This document shows, piece by piece, positions 39,740 through 48,163 of a stretch of DNA of 64,000 bases (position 1 is its first letter; the number at the start of each line of letters is the position of its first letter). The stretch is from an uncultured Acidobacteriota bacterium (GTDB lineage Bacteria; Acidobacteriota; Thermoanaerobaculia; Gp7-AA8). Both the position numbers and the translations under genes were made by a program. The stretch spans positions 288,001 through 352,000 of the forward strand of contig CAVUKB010000007.1 in NCBI GenBank assembly GCA_963741955.1. The letters are read 5' to 3'. The notes below the pieces were generated by a model that made no database searches, was not told the DNA's origin, and worked only from the letters and a program-made list of their open reading frames with translations.

Positions 39740-40038
39740 AGAAGCCGAGGCTTGCAGAAGCCGAGGCTCGAGACTCGAGGCTGGAGGCTCGAGGGGAACC
39801 GCGGGGAGAGTCAACCGCTTCCGGAATGTTCATGCAAGAGAGGATTTCGGAGAATTAAATTCTGTCAATACGGCATTTCGATGAATAAAATGCGCCGAAA
39901 TCGATAATATACCGAATATTTCGGCGATGAGTGTGGCGAATATTTTGGGCGAGGAGTGCGTCGTCTCTGCGTCGGGGTCTCTGCTTCCCGAGCCTCGAAT
40001 CTCGAACCTCTAATCCCGGCCTCTGCGAGCCCCGGCTT

Positions 40039-40236
40039 CTAATCCTCGTGCAGTGACGGCTCGAGCTGCTCGGCGCCGTGCAGTCGCCCGGTCAGCTGTG
40101 CCGGATCGTGGATCAGGATCGGAAGGTGTTGAGAGCAGATCGAGTGCGTCTCGCCGCGGAACTCGAACGTGATCAGAGGGACCGACGTGGAGTCGCGGTC
40201 GCAGGCGATACAGGTACGGCTGGTTCGAAGTGTCAT
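40039..40236 (-). CDS. Small putative metal-binding protein (CxxC...CxxH)
   Basis: CIAC...ICSQHLPILIHDP; plausible codon usage. Confidence 0.7.
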   Translation of the reverse strand: MTLRTSRTCIACDRDSTSVPLITFEFRGETHSICSQHLPILIHDPAQLTGRLHGAEQLEPSLHED

Positions 40237-40418
40237 TCAGTGGGATCCTCGGCAACGAAGTAGCGGTCGTCCCGCGGGAGCATTGTGCGGGGTCGCTCGC
40301 CGCTGCGATGTGACGCGAGTCGCAGCTCCGGGTAGTCGGGCGCACAATCGCGGCCCGGTTCCGGCCTCGATCCTTCGCCCGACGGAACCGCTCTCGATTC
40401 CCGCAAGCTGGCGAGCTC

Positions 40419-41288
40419 TCATCCCCCCATCTTCATCAGTGCATTCATGTCGTCCTCGTCGAGCCGGATTCCTGCCGCTGCGGTGTTCTCCTCGAGATGT
40501 TTCACCTTCGAGGTTCCGGGAATCGGCAGCACCACCGGCGAGCGTGAGAGGAGCCACGCGAGTGCGATCTGCGAGGGTGCAGCGTCGTGTTTCTTCGCGA
40601 TCGAGTCGAGCTTTCCGTCCGTAGCCAGCTTTCCGGTCGCAAGAGGGAACCAGGGAATGAACCCGATGTTCTGCTGCTCACAGAACTCCAGAACTTCTTC
40701 CCACCGGCGATCGCCGAGGTTGTACTGGTTCTGCACCGTGGCGACGGGAAAGTATTCGGAGGCCTGGCGAATCTCGTCGACGCCCACCTCGGAGAGGCCG
40801 ATGTGACGGATTTTCCCCTCCGCCCTCAAGCGCACCAGCGTTTCGAACTGATCCTCGGCGGGAACCTTCGGATCGATCCGGTGGAGCTGATAGAGATCGA
40901 TTCTATCGAGGCGGAGCCGCTTGAGGCTCTCTTCGCAAGCGGATCGAAGATGCTCGGGACGGCCGTTCGGTTCCCATTTACCGGGACCGGGGCGCTCGAG
41001 CCCGGCCTTGGTAGCAATGACCAGGCCGTTCGGGTACGGATGGAGCGCTTCCGCGATCAGGCGTTCGCTCACCTCGGGGCCGTAAGAGTCGGCGGTGTCG
41101 ATGAAATCGATCCCGAGCTCGATCGCGCGCCGGAGGACGCGGATGCACTCGTCGTGGTCGGCCGGCGGTCCCCAGACCCCATCGCCCGTGATTCGCATCG
41201 CGCCGAACCCGAGGCGGTGGACCTGGATGTCGCCGCCGATTCGGAACGTGCCGCTGCCGGTCGCAATCGCTTCATTCGTTTCGGTCAT
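40419..41288 (-). CDS. Aldo/keto reductase (YdbC/pyridoxal reductase-like)
   Basis: [43 protein letters not shown]. Confidence 0.95.
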   Translation of the reverse strand: MTETNEAIATGSGTFRIGGDIQVHRLGFGAMRITGDGVWGPPADHDECIRVLRRAIELGIDFIDTADSYGPEVSERLIAEALHPYPNGLVIATKAGLERPGPGKWEPNGRPEHLRSACEESLKRLRLDRIDLYQLHRIDPKVPAEDQFETLVRLRAEGKIRHIGLSEVGVDEIRQASEYFPVATVQNQYNLGDRRWEEVLEFCEQQNIGFIPWFPLATGKLATDGKLDSIAKKHDAAPSQIALAWLLSRSPVVLPIPGTSKVKHLEENTAAAGIRLDEDDMNALMKMGG

Positions 41289-41397
41289 CTGAATCTCCTC
41301 GTCATCTGGAGTCGAACCATATCGTCGATTCAAATGCCGGTCCAGGTTGAGGGAGGCGGAATGACGGTCCGCTCTCGGCTATGATCACCTCACCGGC

Positions 41398-42474
41398 ATG
41401 AAACTCTCCGAGCTCGGATGGAGCGAATTTTTCGACGTGGCACTGGCACAGAGCCGGGGGAAAGGTCTGACCCCCGGGCGCGTCGTGTCGGAGCATCGCG
41501 GGGTGCTGAGGGTGGCGACGGAAAAGAGAGAGTGGAGAGCCCGACCGGCGGGACGGCTCCGCCGCGAGGCGGTGGGACGGGGCGATCTTCCCGCAGTCGG
41601 CGACTGGGTTCTTCTCGAGGCTCCCGCCAACGCGGACATCGCCCTGGTCCAGCAGGTGCTTCCACGACGGACGAAGTTTTCCAGGCGGGCCGCTGGCGAA
41701 CGGAATGAGGAACAGGTTCTCGCGGCGAACATCGATCTGGTCTGGATCGCCGCTTCGATCGCCGGCGAGGTCAACCTGCGAAGCATCGAGAGATATCTTT
41801 CGATCGCGTGGGAGAGCGGAGCGCAACCGGTGGTGGTGCTCACCAAAGCGGATCTCGCAGCTGATGCAGTGGCCGCAGTGAGCGCGGTCGAGTCGATCTC
41901 CCCCGGAATACCGGTGGTGGCGGTCAGCAGCGTGAGCGGCGAAGGAATCGCCGCGCTCGGTGATCTCCTGACGCCGGGAACCTCGATCGCGATCCTCGGT
42001 CCCTCCGGAGTGGGGAAGTCGAGCCTGATCAACCGCATCGCCGGCGAGGAACTGATGAAAGTCGGCGACGTGCGGGAGGACGATCAGAGAGGGCGGCACA
42101 CCACCACACACCGTCAGCTTCTGCGGATGCCGTCCGGCGCGCTGATCATCGATACACCCGGAATCCGTGAGATCCAGCTCTGGGAAACGGAGGAGGGAAT
42201 CGAAGAGACATTTTCCGAGATCGAGATCGCGGCGCGGCATTGCCGCTTCAGCGACTGCCGTCACGAGACCGAACCGGGATGTGGGGTCCGTGATGCGCTC
42301 GCTCGCGGAGAGCTCGACACGAAGCGGGTGGCGAGTTTCCGAAAGCTCCAGAGCGAGATCGAGTTTCAGGAGCAGAAGCACGATCCCCGAGTGCGGGCGG
42401 AGGCGAAACGTCGTATCCGGGAGATCATGCGAGCGTTCCGGAAGCCGGACAAGTTGCGGGACCGGCGGAAGTAG
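41398..42474 (+). CDS. rsgA: Ribosome small subunit-dependent GTPase A
   Basis: PAVGDWV, AANID, TKAD, GPSGVGKSSL, GRHTTT, DTPG, CRFSDCRHETEPGC. Confidence 0.97.
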   Translation: MKLSELGWSEFFDVALAQSRGKGLTPGRVVSEHRGVLRVATEKREWRARPAGRLRREAVGRGDLPAVGDWVLLEAPANADIALVQQVLPRRTKFSRRAAGERNEEQVLAANIDLVWIAASIAGEVNLRSIERYLSIAWESGAQPVVVLTKADLAADAVAAVSAVESISPGIPVVAVSSVSGEGIAALGDLLTPGTSIAILGPSGVGKSSLINRIAGEELMKVGDVREDDQRGRHTTTHRQLLRMPSGALIIDTPGIREIQLWETEEGIEETFSEIEIAARHCRFSDCRHETEPGCGVRDALARGELDTKRVASFRKLQSEIEFQEQKHDPRVRAEAKRRIREIMRAFRKPDKLRDRRK

Positions 42475-42479
42475 CGCGG

Positions 42480-43180
42480 TTCGCGCTCCCCGCGCGGCCG
42501 GTCTCTCCGGGGTGCGGTTCGTCCGATCTCTCTGGGGTGCGGATCATCCGATCCGCGGCGGAGATCGTGTTGTACGGGATGAAGAGCGTGCCTGTGGGTG
42601 AACGCGGAGCGTCGGTGGCCGGACCGGTGTGGATGGAAGAGGCTCTGCTTCAGCCGCAGGGACTGTCTCGATCCGATCTGAACGCGGTCGTCGCGGCGGA
42701 TCAGAGGATCCGCGCTCCCCGCGCGGCCTGTCTCCCGGGGTGCGGTTCGTCCGATCTCTCCGGGGTGCGGATCATCCGATCCGCGACGGAGATCGTGTTG
42801 TACGCGATGAAGAGCGAGCCTGTGGGTGAACGCGGAGCGTCGGTGGCCGGACCGGTGTGGATGGAAGAGGCTCCGCTTCAGCCGCAGGGACTGTCTCGAT
42901 CCGATCTGAACGCGGTCGTCGCGGCGGATCAGAGGATCCGCGCTCCCCGCGCGGCCGGTCTCTCCGGGGTGCGGTTCGTCCGATCTCTCTGGGGTGCGGA
43001 TCATCCGATCCGCGACGGAGATCGTGTTGTACGCGATGAAGAGCGTGCCTGTGGGTGAACGCGGAGCGTCGGTGGCCGGACCGGTGTGGATGGAAGCGGC
43101 TCCGCTTCAGCCGCAGGGATGGTCTCGATCCGTTCTGAACGCGGTCGTCGTGGCGGATCAGAGGATCCGCGCTCCCCGCG
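42480..43180 (+). repeat. Tandem trimer of REPIN/MITE-like family A (228-229 bp period)
   Basis: GGGGTGCGGATCATCCGATCCGC starts at 42534, 42762 and 42991; each unit ends GCGGATCAGAGGATCCGCGCTCCCC; units nearly identical. Confidence 0.92.
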
Positions 43181-43307
43181 CGACAGATCGATCCGGAGCG
43201 GACGATGCGGGTGGACGCGCCTCGGACGGGAAATTCGAGATGCTTTTGAGCCTCCGGCTGGGCATAATGTTGAACTGGCCCCGGCTAGATCGGGGAGAGA
43301 ATTCGTG

Positions 43308-44252
43308 ATGGCTTCGCTGCTGATCGCAATCGTCACGCTCCTCGTGATGCTCGTTCCGACGGTGTGGATCGTCGTGGCGCGGCCGGGAGGACGGACCGTC
43401 TGGGCCCCCCGCGTCCTTCTCGCCGCAGCTCTCGTGACACTCGGATTTCTACTGGGGAACTGGGCGGTCCTCGGGATCTGGACGCGCATCGGCCTCGCCG
43501 GCCTCTTCCTCGTGGCGGTGCTCGTCTCGTTCGTCCGGGCCCGGCGAGTGGGCCGCGATTCCGCCGGCGGCGGAAGGACGTCGTTCGCGATCACCATCAT
43601 TGCCGTCGTGATCCTCCTCGTCGATCTCGCCGCGATCGCTTCGCGGATACCTCCGGCGGGAGCGGTCGACCTCGCGTTCCCGTTCCACTCCGGTACGTTC
43701 GTGGTCACTCAGGGCGGCCGCGGGCCTCTGACCAACCCGTTCCACTTCTGGACCCCGGCCGAGCAATACGGGCTCGATCTGGTCAGAGTCGGAAAGCTCG
43801 GCGTGCGGGCGCGCGGGGTTGCGCCGAAGGAGCTGAAGGAGTACGCCACGTGGGGGGAGCCGGTCTTCAGCCCCTGTACCGGCCGGGTGGTTGACGAGGT
43901 CTCGCGCACCCCGGAGGCGGCGATCGGATCGCCCGACGCCTCGGTGCCTGCGGGTAACTACGTGATCCTCGACTGCAGCGGGACGAACGTCGTCCTGGCC
44001 CACCTGAAGCGCGGTGCCGTCTTCGTCCGCCCTGGCGACTCGGTGCTGGAAGGAGAGAGAATCGCGAAGGTCGGAAACTCCGGGTATACCAGCGAGCCGC
44101 AGTTGCACCTGAGCGCATCGCGGACGGAGGGGGGGCGCCAGGTTCCGGTCCCGGTCCGCTTCGAGGGGGCGTTCCTCACACAGAACGACGTCGTTCGGGT
44201 GGAGGGAGAATCGCAGCAGCCGGCCATTCCGGCCGCACAAGTTCCTCAGTAG
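43308..44252 (+). CDS. Membrane-anchored M23 family peptidase-like protein
   Basis: About four N-terminal TMs; QYGLD, GNYVIL, LAHLKRG, VGNSGYTSEPQLH. Confidence 0.85.
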   Translation: MASLLIAIVTLLVMLVPTVWIVVARPGGRTVWAPRVLLAAALVTLGFLLGNWAVLGIWTRIGLAGLFLVAVLVSFVRARRVGRDSAGGGRTSFAITIIAVVILLVDLAAIASRIPPAGAVDLAFPFHSGTFVVTQGGRGPLTNPFHFWTPAEQYGLDLVRVGKLGVRARGVAPKELKEYATWGEPVFSPCTGRVVDEVSRTPEAAIGSPDASVPAGNYVILDCSGTNVVLAHLKRGAVFVRPGDSVLEGERIAKVGNSGYTSEPQLHLSASRTEGGRQVPVPVRFEGAFLTQNDVVRVEGESQQPAIPAAQVPQ

Positions 44253-44482
44253 GGCTCGACGTCTTCGGCCGCTTTTCGTACCCGCTCGGACTCGAGCTCG
44301 GTCACCCGCGTTTTCAGGTCGATGATCTCGTTCGAGAGTCGAGTCAGGTCGTCCCGCAGCGCTTCGTGAGCGATGTCCCGGATCTTCGACTGCAGTTTCT
44401 GCATCTTGTCACGCTGGTATTGAGTGAGCTTGTCGACCGAGTCGCCGAAGATTTCACGGAGGGTCTGTTCGAGATCTGCCAT
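44246..44482 (-). CDS. Small coiled-coil protein (phasin/BMFP-like)
   Basis: GAGGTG SD; amphipathic helix; LKTRVTELE heptads. Confidence 0.7.
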   Translation of the reverse strand: MADLEQTLREIFGDSVDKLTQYQRDKMQKLQSKIRDIAHEALRDDLTRLSNEIIDLKTRVTELESERVRKAAEDVEPY

Positions 44483-44841
44483 TGGTCACCTCGCAGCGTA
44501 GTCAGTTCCGAAGCTCATCAGAATCGAGCAAGCGATGTGCCACGCAGGAGCCGGACGACGCGCTCACGACGAGCGCAGACCCCGCTCGTCCGGCACGAAT
44601 TCGATCCCGCGGTGGCCCGGCGGTCACGCCGCGTGCAGGACGTTCTTCGGCGCGGTGGCTGCGGTATCGCGGGCACGCGTCGCGCCCGCCTCGATTCTTG
44701 CGACTTGCAACGAGAAGTTGTTTGGCGAACGTGAACCCCAGGGTTCCGGCGCGGAGCGCCTCCACCCTGGGCTACTGTCGGTCGTGCCTACGGCACTGGG
44801 GGTGGAGCGAGTGCGAGGCGGGCGGCGGTTCGTGGGAGTGA

Positions 44842-44947
44842 GTCACCAAAGTTCTAGAGCACGGATCGTCGGGGCGAGTGGTGCAACCGGGACGTGCAGC
44901 GCGTGAAGACGGGCGATGGTCCTTGAAACTTCGGCCACGAGAGGTCG
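44842..44947 (+). repeat. Degenerate ~105-bp repeat family B, copy 1
   Basis: GTCACCAAAGTTCTAGAGCACG...CGTGCAGCGCGTGAAGA...ACTTCGGCCACGAGAGG; matches 45608-45710. Confidence 0.7.
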
Positions 44948-44960
44948 CCCAGGCCTTCGG

Positions 44961-45221
44961 TTACGTGAGAGGCGCGATTTTCGGCAGGGGCTCGAGCGCT
45001 TCTGCATTGCTCCACGCTTCTCGCAGTTCGTTGTGGTGCAGCGTCGCCCACTCGACGACGAGGCCGGCCGCCCGAGGCGGTAGTTTCCCCGCGAAGATCG
45101 CGAGAGTGTCGATCTCGAAAAGTGCCTCCTCGCCGCCGTACGATGCATGGAAATGAGGGGGAGGATGATCGTCGAGATACATCCGGATCACGATCCCGAA
45201 AAACCGGCTCAGCTCAGGCAT
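44961..45221 (-). CDS. DUF4160 protein (DhiT/HicA-like toxin candidate)
   Basis: MPELSRFFGIVIRMY..DHPPPHFHA.YG...GKLPPR...EWATLH..EL...W...KIAPL. Confidence 0.92.
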   Translation of the reverse strand: MPELSRFFGIVIRMYLDDHPPPHFHASYGGEEALFEIDTLAIFAGKLPPRAAGLVVEWATLHHNELREAWSNAEALEPLPKIAPLT

Positions 45222-45513
45222 GCCTTGCTTCGGTCGAACCGAGGTTCGGGAACAGCTGATCGGGAGTCTTCCCGGTCACCTGGAGGTAGAGCGAGTCGGC
45301 GCCCAAATCGACGCTCTCACTCCAGACGACCGCACGCCCCTCTTCGACCCGGGCTCGTTCGAAGGCTCCGGCTTCGAGCCAGAGAGAGAATACACCGCGA
45401 CCCGCGAGGTACGAAAGATCTGCGATGCCACGCGTACCGTCGCTGAACCGAACGCGAAGCCGGTAATCGGGGAGTGGCTCGATCTCGACGAGCTCGACCA
45501 GTGACCTGCTCAC
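45214..45513 (-). CDS. DUF2442 protein (DhiA-like antitoxin candidate)
   Basis: IEPLPDYRLRVRFSDGTRG..DL...GVF...VVWSESVDLGADSLY; overlaps the DUF4160 start; start GTG 45513 or ATG 45525. Confidence 0.88.
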   Translation of the reverse strand: MSRSLVELVEIEPLPDYRLRVRFSDGTRGIADLSYLAGRGVFSLWLEAGAFERARVEEGRAVVWSESVDLGADSLYLQVTGKTPDQLFPNLGSTEARHA

Positions 45514-45607
45514 GACGTCAATCATACTGCAGTCTGTGAACCGCCGACGGGAGGAGGGCGCGCTGAAAGGCCGCGCGAGTGAGAACGGGTATCGCTTCAT
45601 GGGCGGA

Positions 45608-45710
45608 GTCACCAGAGTTTTGGAGCACGAATGATCGGGTGATTGGTGCCACGCGTACGTGCAGCGCGCGAAGATGGGCGGGGTTCTCGAGACTTCGGCC
45701 ACGAGAGGGT
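45608..45710 (+). repeat. Degenerate ~105-bp repeat family B, copy 2
   Basis: GTCACCAGAGTTTTGGAGCACG...CGTGCAGCGCGCGAAGA...ACTTCGGCCACGAGAGG. Confidence 0.7.
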
Positions 45711-45795
45711 GGTCGCTGCGAGACGGATTCGGGTTCGGTCTACAATGGACGCAAATGGACGCAGCTTCTCCTCGCGCGGCGCAGAAGGAGGTCCC

Positions 45796-46128
45796 ATGCG
45801 CGCTCCGATCCGGTCGTTCTCCGACTTCTGGCCCCACTACGTCCGTGCGCACTCGAAACCGCGGACCAGGATCCTCCACGGCATCGGCTCCACGCTCGCA
45901 GTCGGTGCAGTGGCTCTCGCGCTCGCCAGCAGCCCATGGTGGCTTCTGCTCGCTCCGCTGGTCGGCTACGGCTTCGCGTGGTACGGCCACTTCTTCGTCG
46001 AAGGAAACCGGCCTGCGACGTTCGGACACCCGTTCTATTCACTCGCAGCCGACTACCGGATGCTCTTCCTGATGATGTCCGGACGGATGGACGACGAAGT
46101 GGAAAAGCATCTGATATCTGATATCTGA
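45796..46128 (+). CDS. DUF962 (Mpo1-like) membrane protein
   Basis: AAGGAGG SD; FSDFWPHYVRAHS..RILH..GS...GYGFAWYGHFFVEGNRPATFGHPFYSL. Confidence 0.92.
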   Translation: MRAPIRSFSDFWPHYVRAHSKPRTRILHGIGSTLAVGAVALALASSPWWLLLAPLVGYGFAWYGHFFVEGNRPATFGHPFYSLAADYRMLFLMMSGRMDDEVEKHLISDI

Positions 46129-46156
46129 TATCTGAAACCTTTATCTTCTATCTAGC

Positions 46157-48076
46157 CTGAAGTTCCCTGGGGCTATAGGCAAGGATCCGCTGTAAATTCA
46201 GGGAGATAGGCAGGAATATGCGTGCAGGCTTCTGTCTACAAGTGGATGGACTTGAGCAGATCGAAGGCGCGCTGTTGAGTTAGGCCTGGGGTGGTGACGA
46301 GGTCGAAGGTGGACTCGTCGTTGGATGCGCCCGGACGGCGAGCGGTGTTGCGGACGATGGTGCTCAGGTCTGCGAGCAGGGTCTGAAAGCTGTGGGCGGG
46401 AGTGCCGTCGTCGAGTACCTTCGAATGGATCTTATCGAGCGCTTTCGCTGATCGTTTTGCGGGAGCAACGGGATCACGGCTCGTTTTTGCCTGCTGGTCC
46501 TCGTCGGAGAAAAGCAGTGGGCGCCAGGCTTCCATCATGTGCCAGGCCACGTAGTAGGCCAGCATGCAGAGGAAGATGTGAGCCTTGACGCGCTCCTCGA
46601 GCCGGTGGCGGATGGGCCGCACCTGGAGATCGACAGTCTTCAGTGAGCGAAAGGCCCGCTCGACCTGACTGAGCAGCTTGTAACTGCGCACGACGTCGTC
46701 GGTGCCAAGAGTCTCGGCGGCCACGCTGGTCCTTACGACATAGAGCCCATCGAGGGAAGCCTCGCGCGCCACCTTGTCCGCGTCGATGTGGAAGTCAAGC
46801 CCGTCATCGCGAATGTCCAGGACAATGTGTTTGGCGACCTTGTACTTGTCGATCACCTTGCCGACGCGTACGCCAATGACGTCCTTTCCTTGGAGCTTGC
46901 CGTGCGAGACCATCCCTCGCACTTTCTCCAATTCCTTGAGCGTAGCCTCGAGGAGCGACTCGCGTTTGTGCGCGCGCAACCGGGCCAGATCCGCATTGCG
47001 ACAGGCCACCAGTCGCTCGCCCGGGAAATCGGGATGGGTCATCTCGAAAAGATTGCGCGTGTCGAACAGCCCGAGCTGGATATGACCGGCGTCAACGAGC
47101 TTTTGAATCGTCACGCTCCTGAGGGCCGTAATCCAATCAATGCCGTCTCGCTGACGGAGATCATCGATTTGCTTCTGCGAGATCATGCCGCGATCGCCAA
47201 CGAGAACAAACTTCTCGATCGTGAAGGTCTTCTGTAGTTTCTCGACCTGAGGCATCAATGTCCTGGGGTCACTGGTGTTGCCATCGAAGACACTCACTGC
47301 TACGGGGCACCCACGGCGGTCGGTCAGCAGTCCGTAGTTGACCTGAAGCTTGCCCTTCTTGCCATCCCGGTTGTGGCCGCGCATGGCGAGCGGGCAGCTC
47401 TCTCCCTCGAAATAGCTCGAGCTCAGGTCGTACAGGACCAGACCGCCCTTGGGCAGATGTCTCGCTGCGAGTTTCTTTTCGATTGCGTCTTGTCGGCCAA
47501 GCAGCCAATCGAGCGCGCCATAGAGGTCGTCTTCATCGGCATCGGTGACACCGAAGACTTCGGGAATCGTCGAGGTGTGCCATGACCGCACGGTGCTGAG
47601 CTTGCTGCGCGGGGCAAGGATACGAGCCGCCACCATGGCGAGGACCAGATCACGCTCGCGGCACGAGCGAGATGCAACGAGCGAAGCGAAGCCGAGTTGC
47701 TTGATTGCGATCTGGACGGCTTCGACATGACCGTGATGGACCGATCGAATGATCTCGAACAGCTCGGCGATCGGGGCGAGCCTCTCGCCCTTCAAGATTC
47801 TGCGAATCGCGTCGATCTGATCGGCCGGCAGGGCCGAGAGATTGGCCAGCGTGCGTTTTCGGACCTTGGCCCCCACCCGGTAGGACTCGCGCAGCAGGAC
47901 GGCCGGGGCCGAGTTGCGGTTCGGCACGATGTCGATGTGCATGGCCACAGTATGCCAGTACTATTCACACCTGTCAATGCAGTAATCACACTTACATGGC
48001 TACATTCTTGCATACAAATCGAGGTCATCTTCAAGAAAACACAGCACTTCTCTGCGAAAACCCCCGGGAACTTCAG
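46157..48076 (-). mobile_element. IS1634-family insertion sequence, 1,920 bp
   Basis: Terminal IRs CTGAAGTTCCC(T/G)GGGG; 6-bp direct repeat TCTAGC at 46151-46156 and 48077-48082; lower GC than the flanks. Confidence 0.93.
46236..47942 (-). CDS. IS1634-family DDE transposase
   Basis: LLRESYR..GAKVRKRTLANLS, VLYDLSSSYFEG, VGDRGM, YKLLSQVERAFRSLK, RPIRH, HIFLCMLAY; uninterrupted. Confidence 0.95.
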   Translation of the reverse strand: MHIDIVPNRNSAPAVLLRESYRVGAKVRKRTLANLSALPADQIDAIRRILKGERLAPIAELFEIIRSVHHGHVEAVQIAIKQLGFASLVASRSCRERDLVLAMVAARILAPRSKLSTVRSWHTSTIPEVFGVTDADEDDLYGALDWLLGRQDAIEKKLAARHLPKGGLVLYDLSSSYFEGESCPLAMRGHNRDGKKGKLQVNYGLLTDRRGCPVAVSVFDGNTSDPRTLMPQVEKLQKTFTIEKFVLVGDRGMISQKQIDDLRQRDGIDWITALRSVTIQKLVDAGHIQLGLFDTRNLFEMTHPDFPGERLVACRNADLARLRAHKRESLLEATLKELEKVRGMVSHGKLQGKDVIGVRVGKVIDKYKVAKHIVLDIRDDGLDFHIDADKVAREASLDGLYVVRTSVAAETLGTDDVVRSYKLLSQVERAFRSLKTVDLQVRPIRHRLEERVKAHIFLCMLAYYVAWHMMEAWRPLLFSDEDQQAKTSRDPVAPAKRSAKALDKIHSKVLDDGTPAHSFQTLLADLSTIVRNTARRPGASNDESTFDLVTTPGLTQQRAFDLLKSIHL

Positions 48077-48163
48077 TCTAGCTGGATGCTCTCTTATCAG
48101 GCACTAATTAGATAACAGATAATAGATAACAGATAACAGATAACAGATAATAGATAATAGATA

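Noticed and set aside
39890-39930. dif site or oriC
   Set aside because: No TTATGTTAAA-like XerD arm and no DnaA box cluster.
44842-45710. Integron attC sites around the toxin-antitoxin pair
   Set aside because: No paired RYYYAAC/GTTRRRY boxes at the repeat ends and no integrase.
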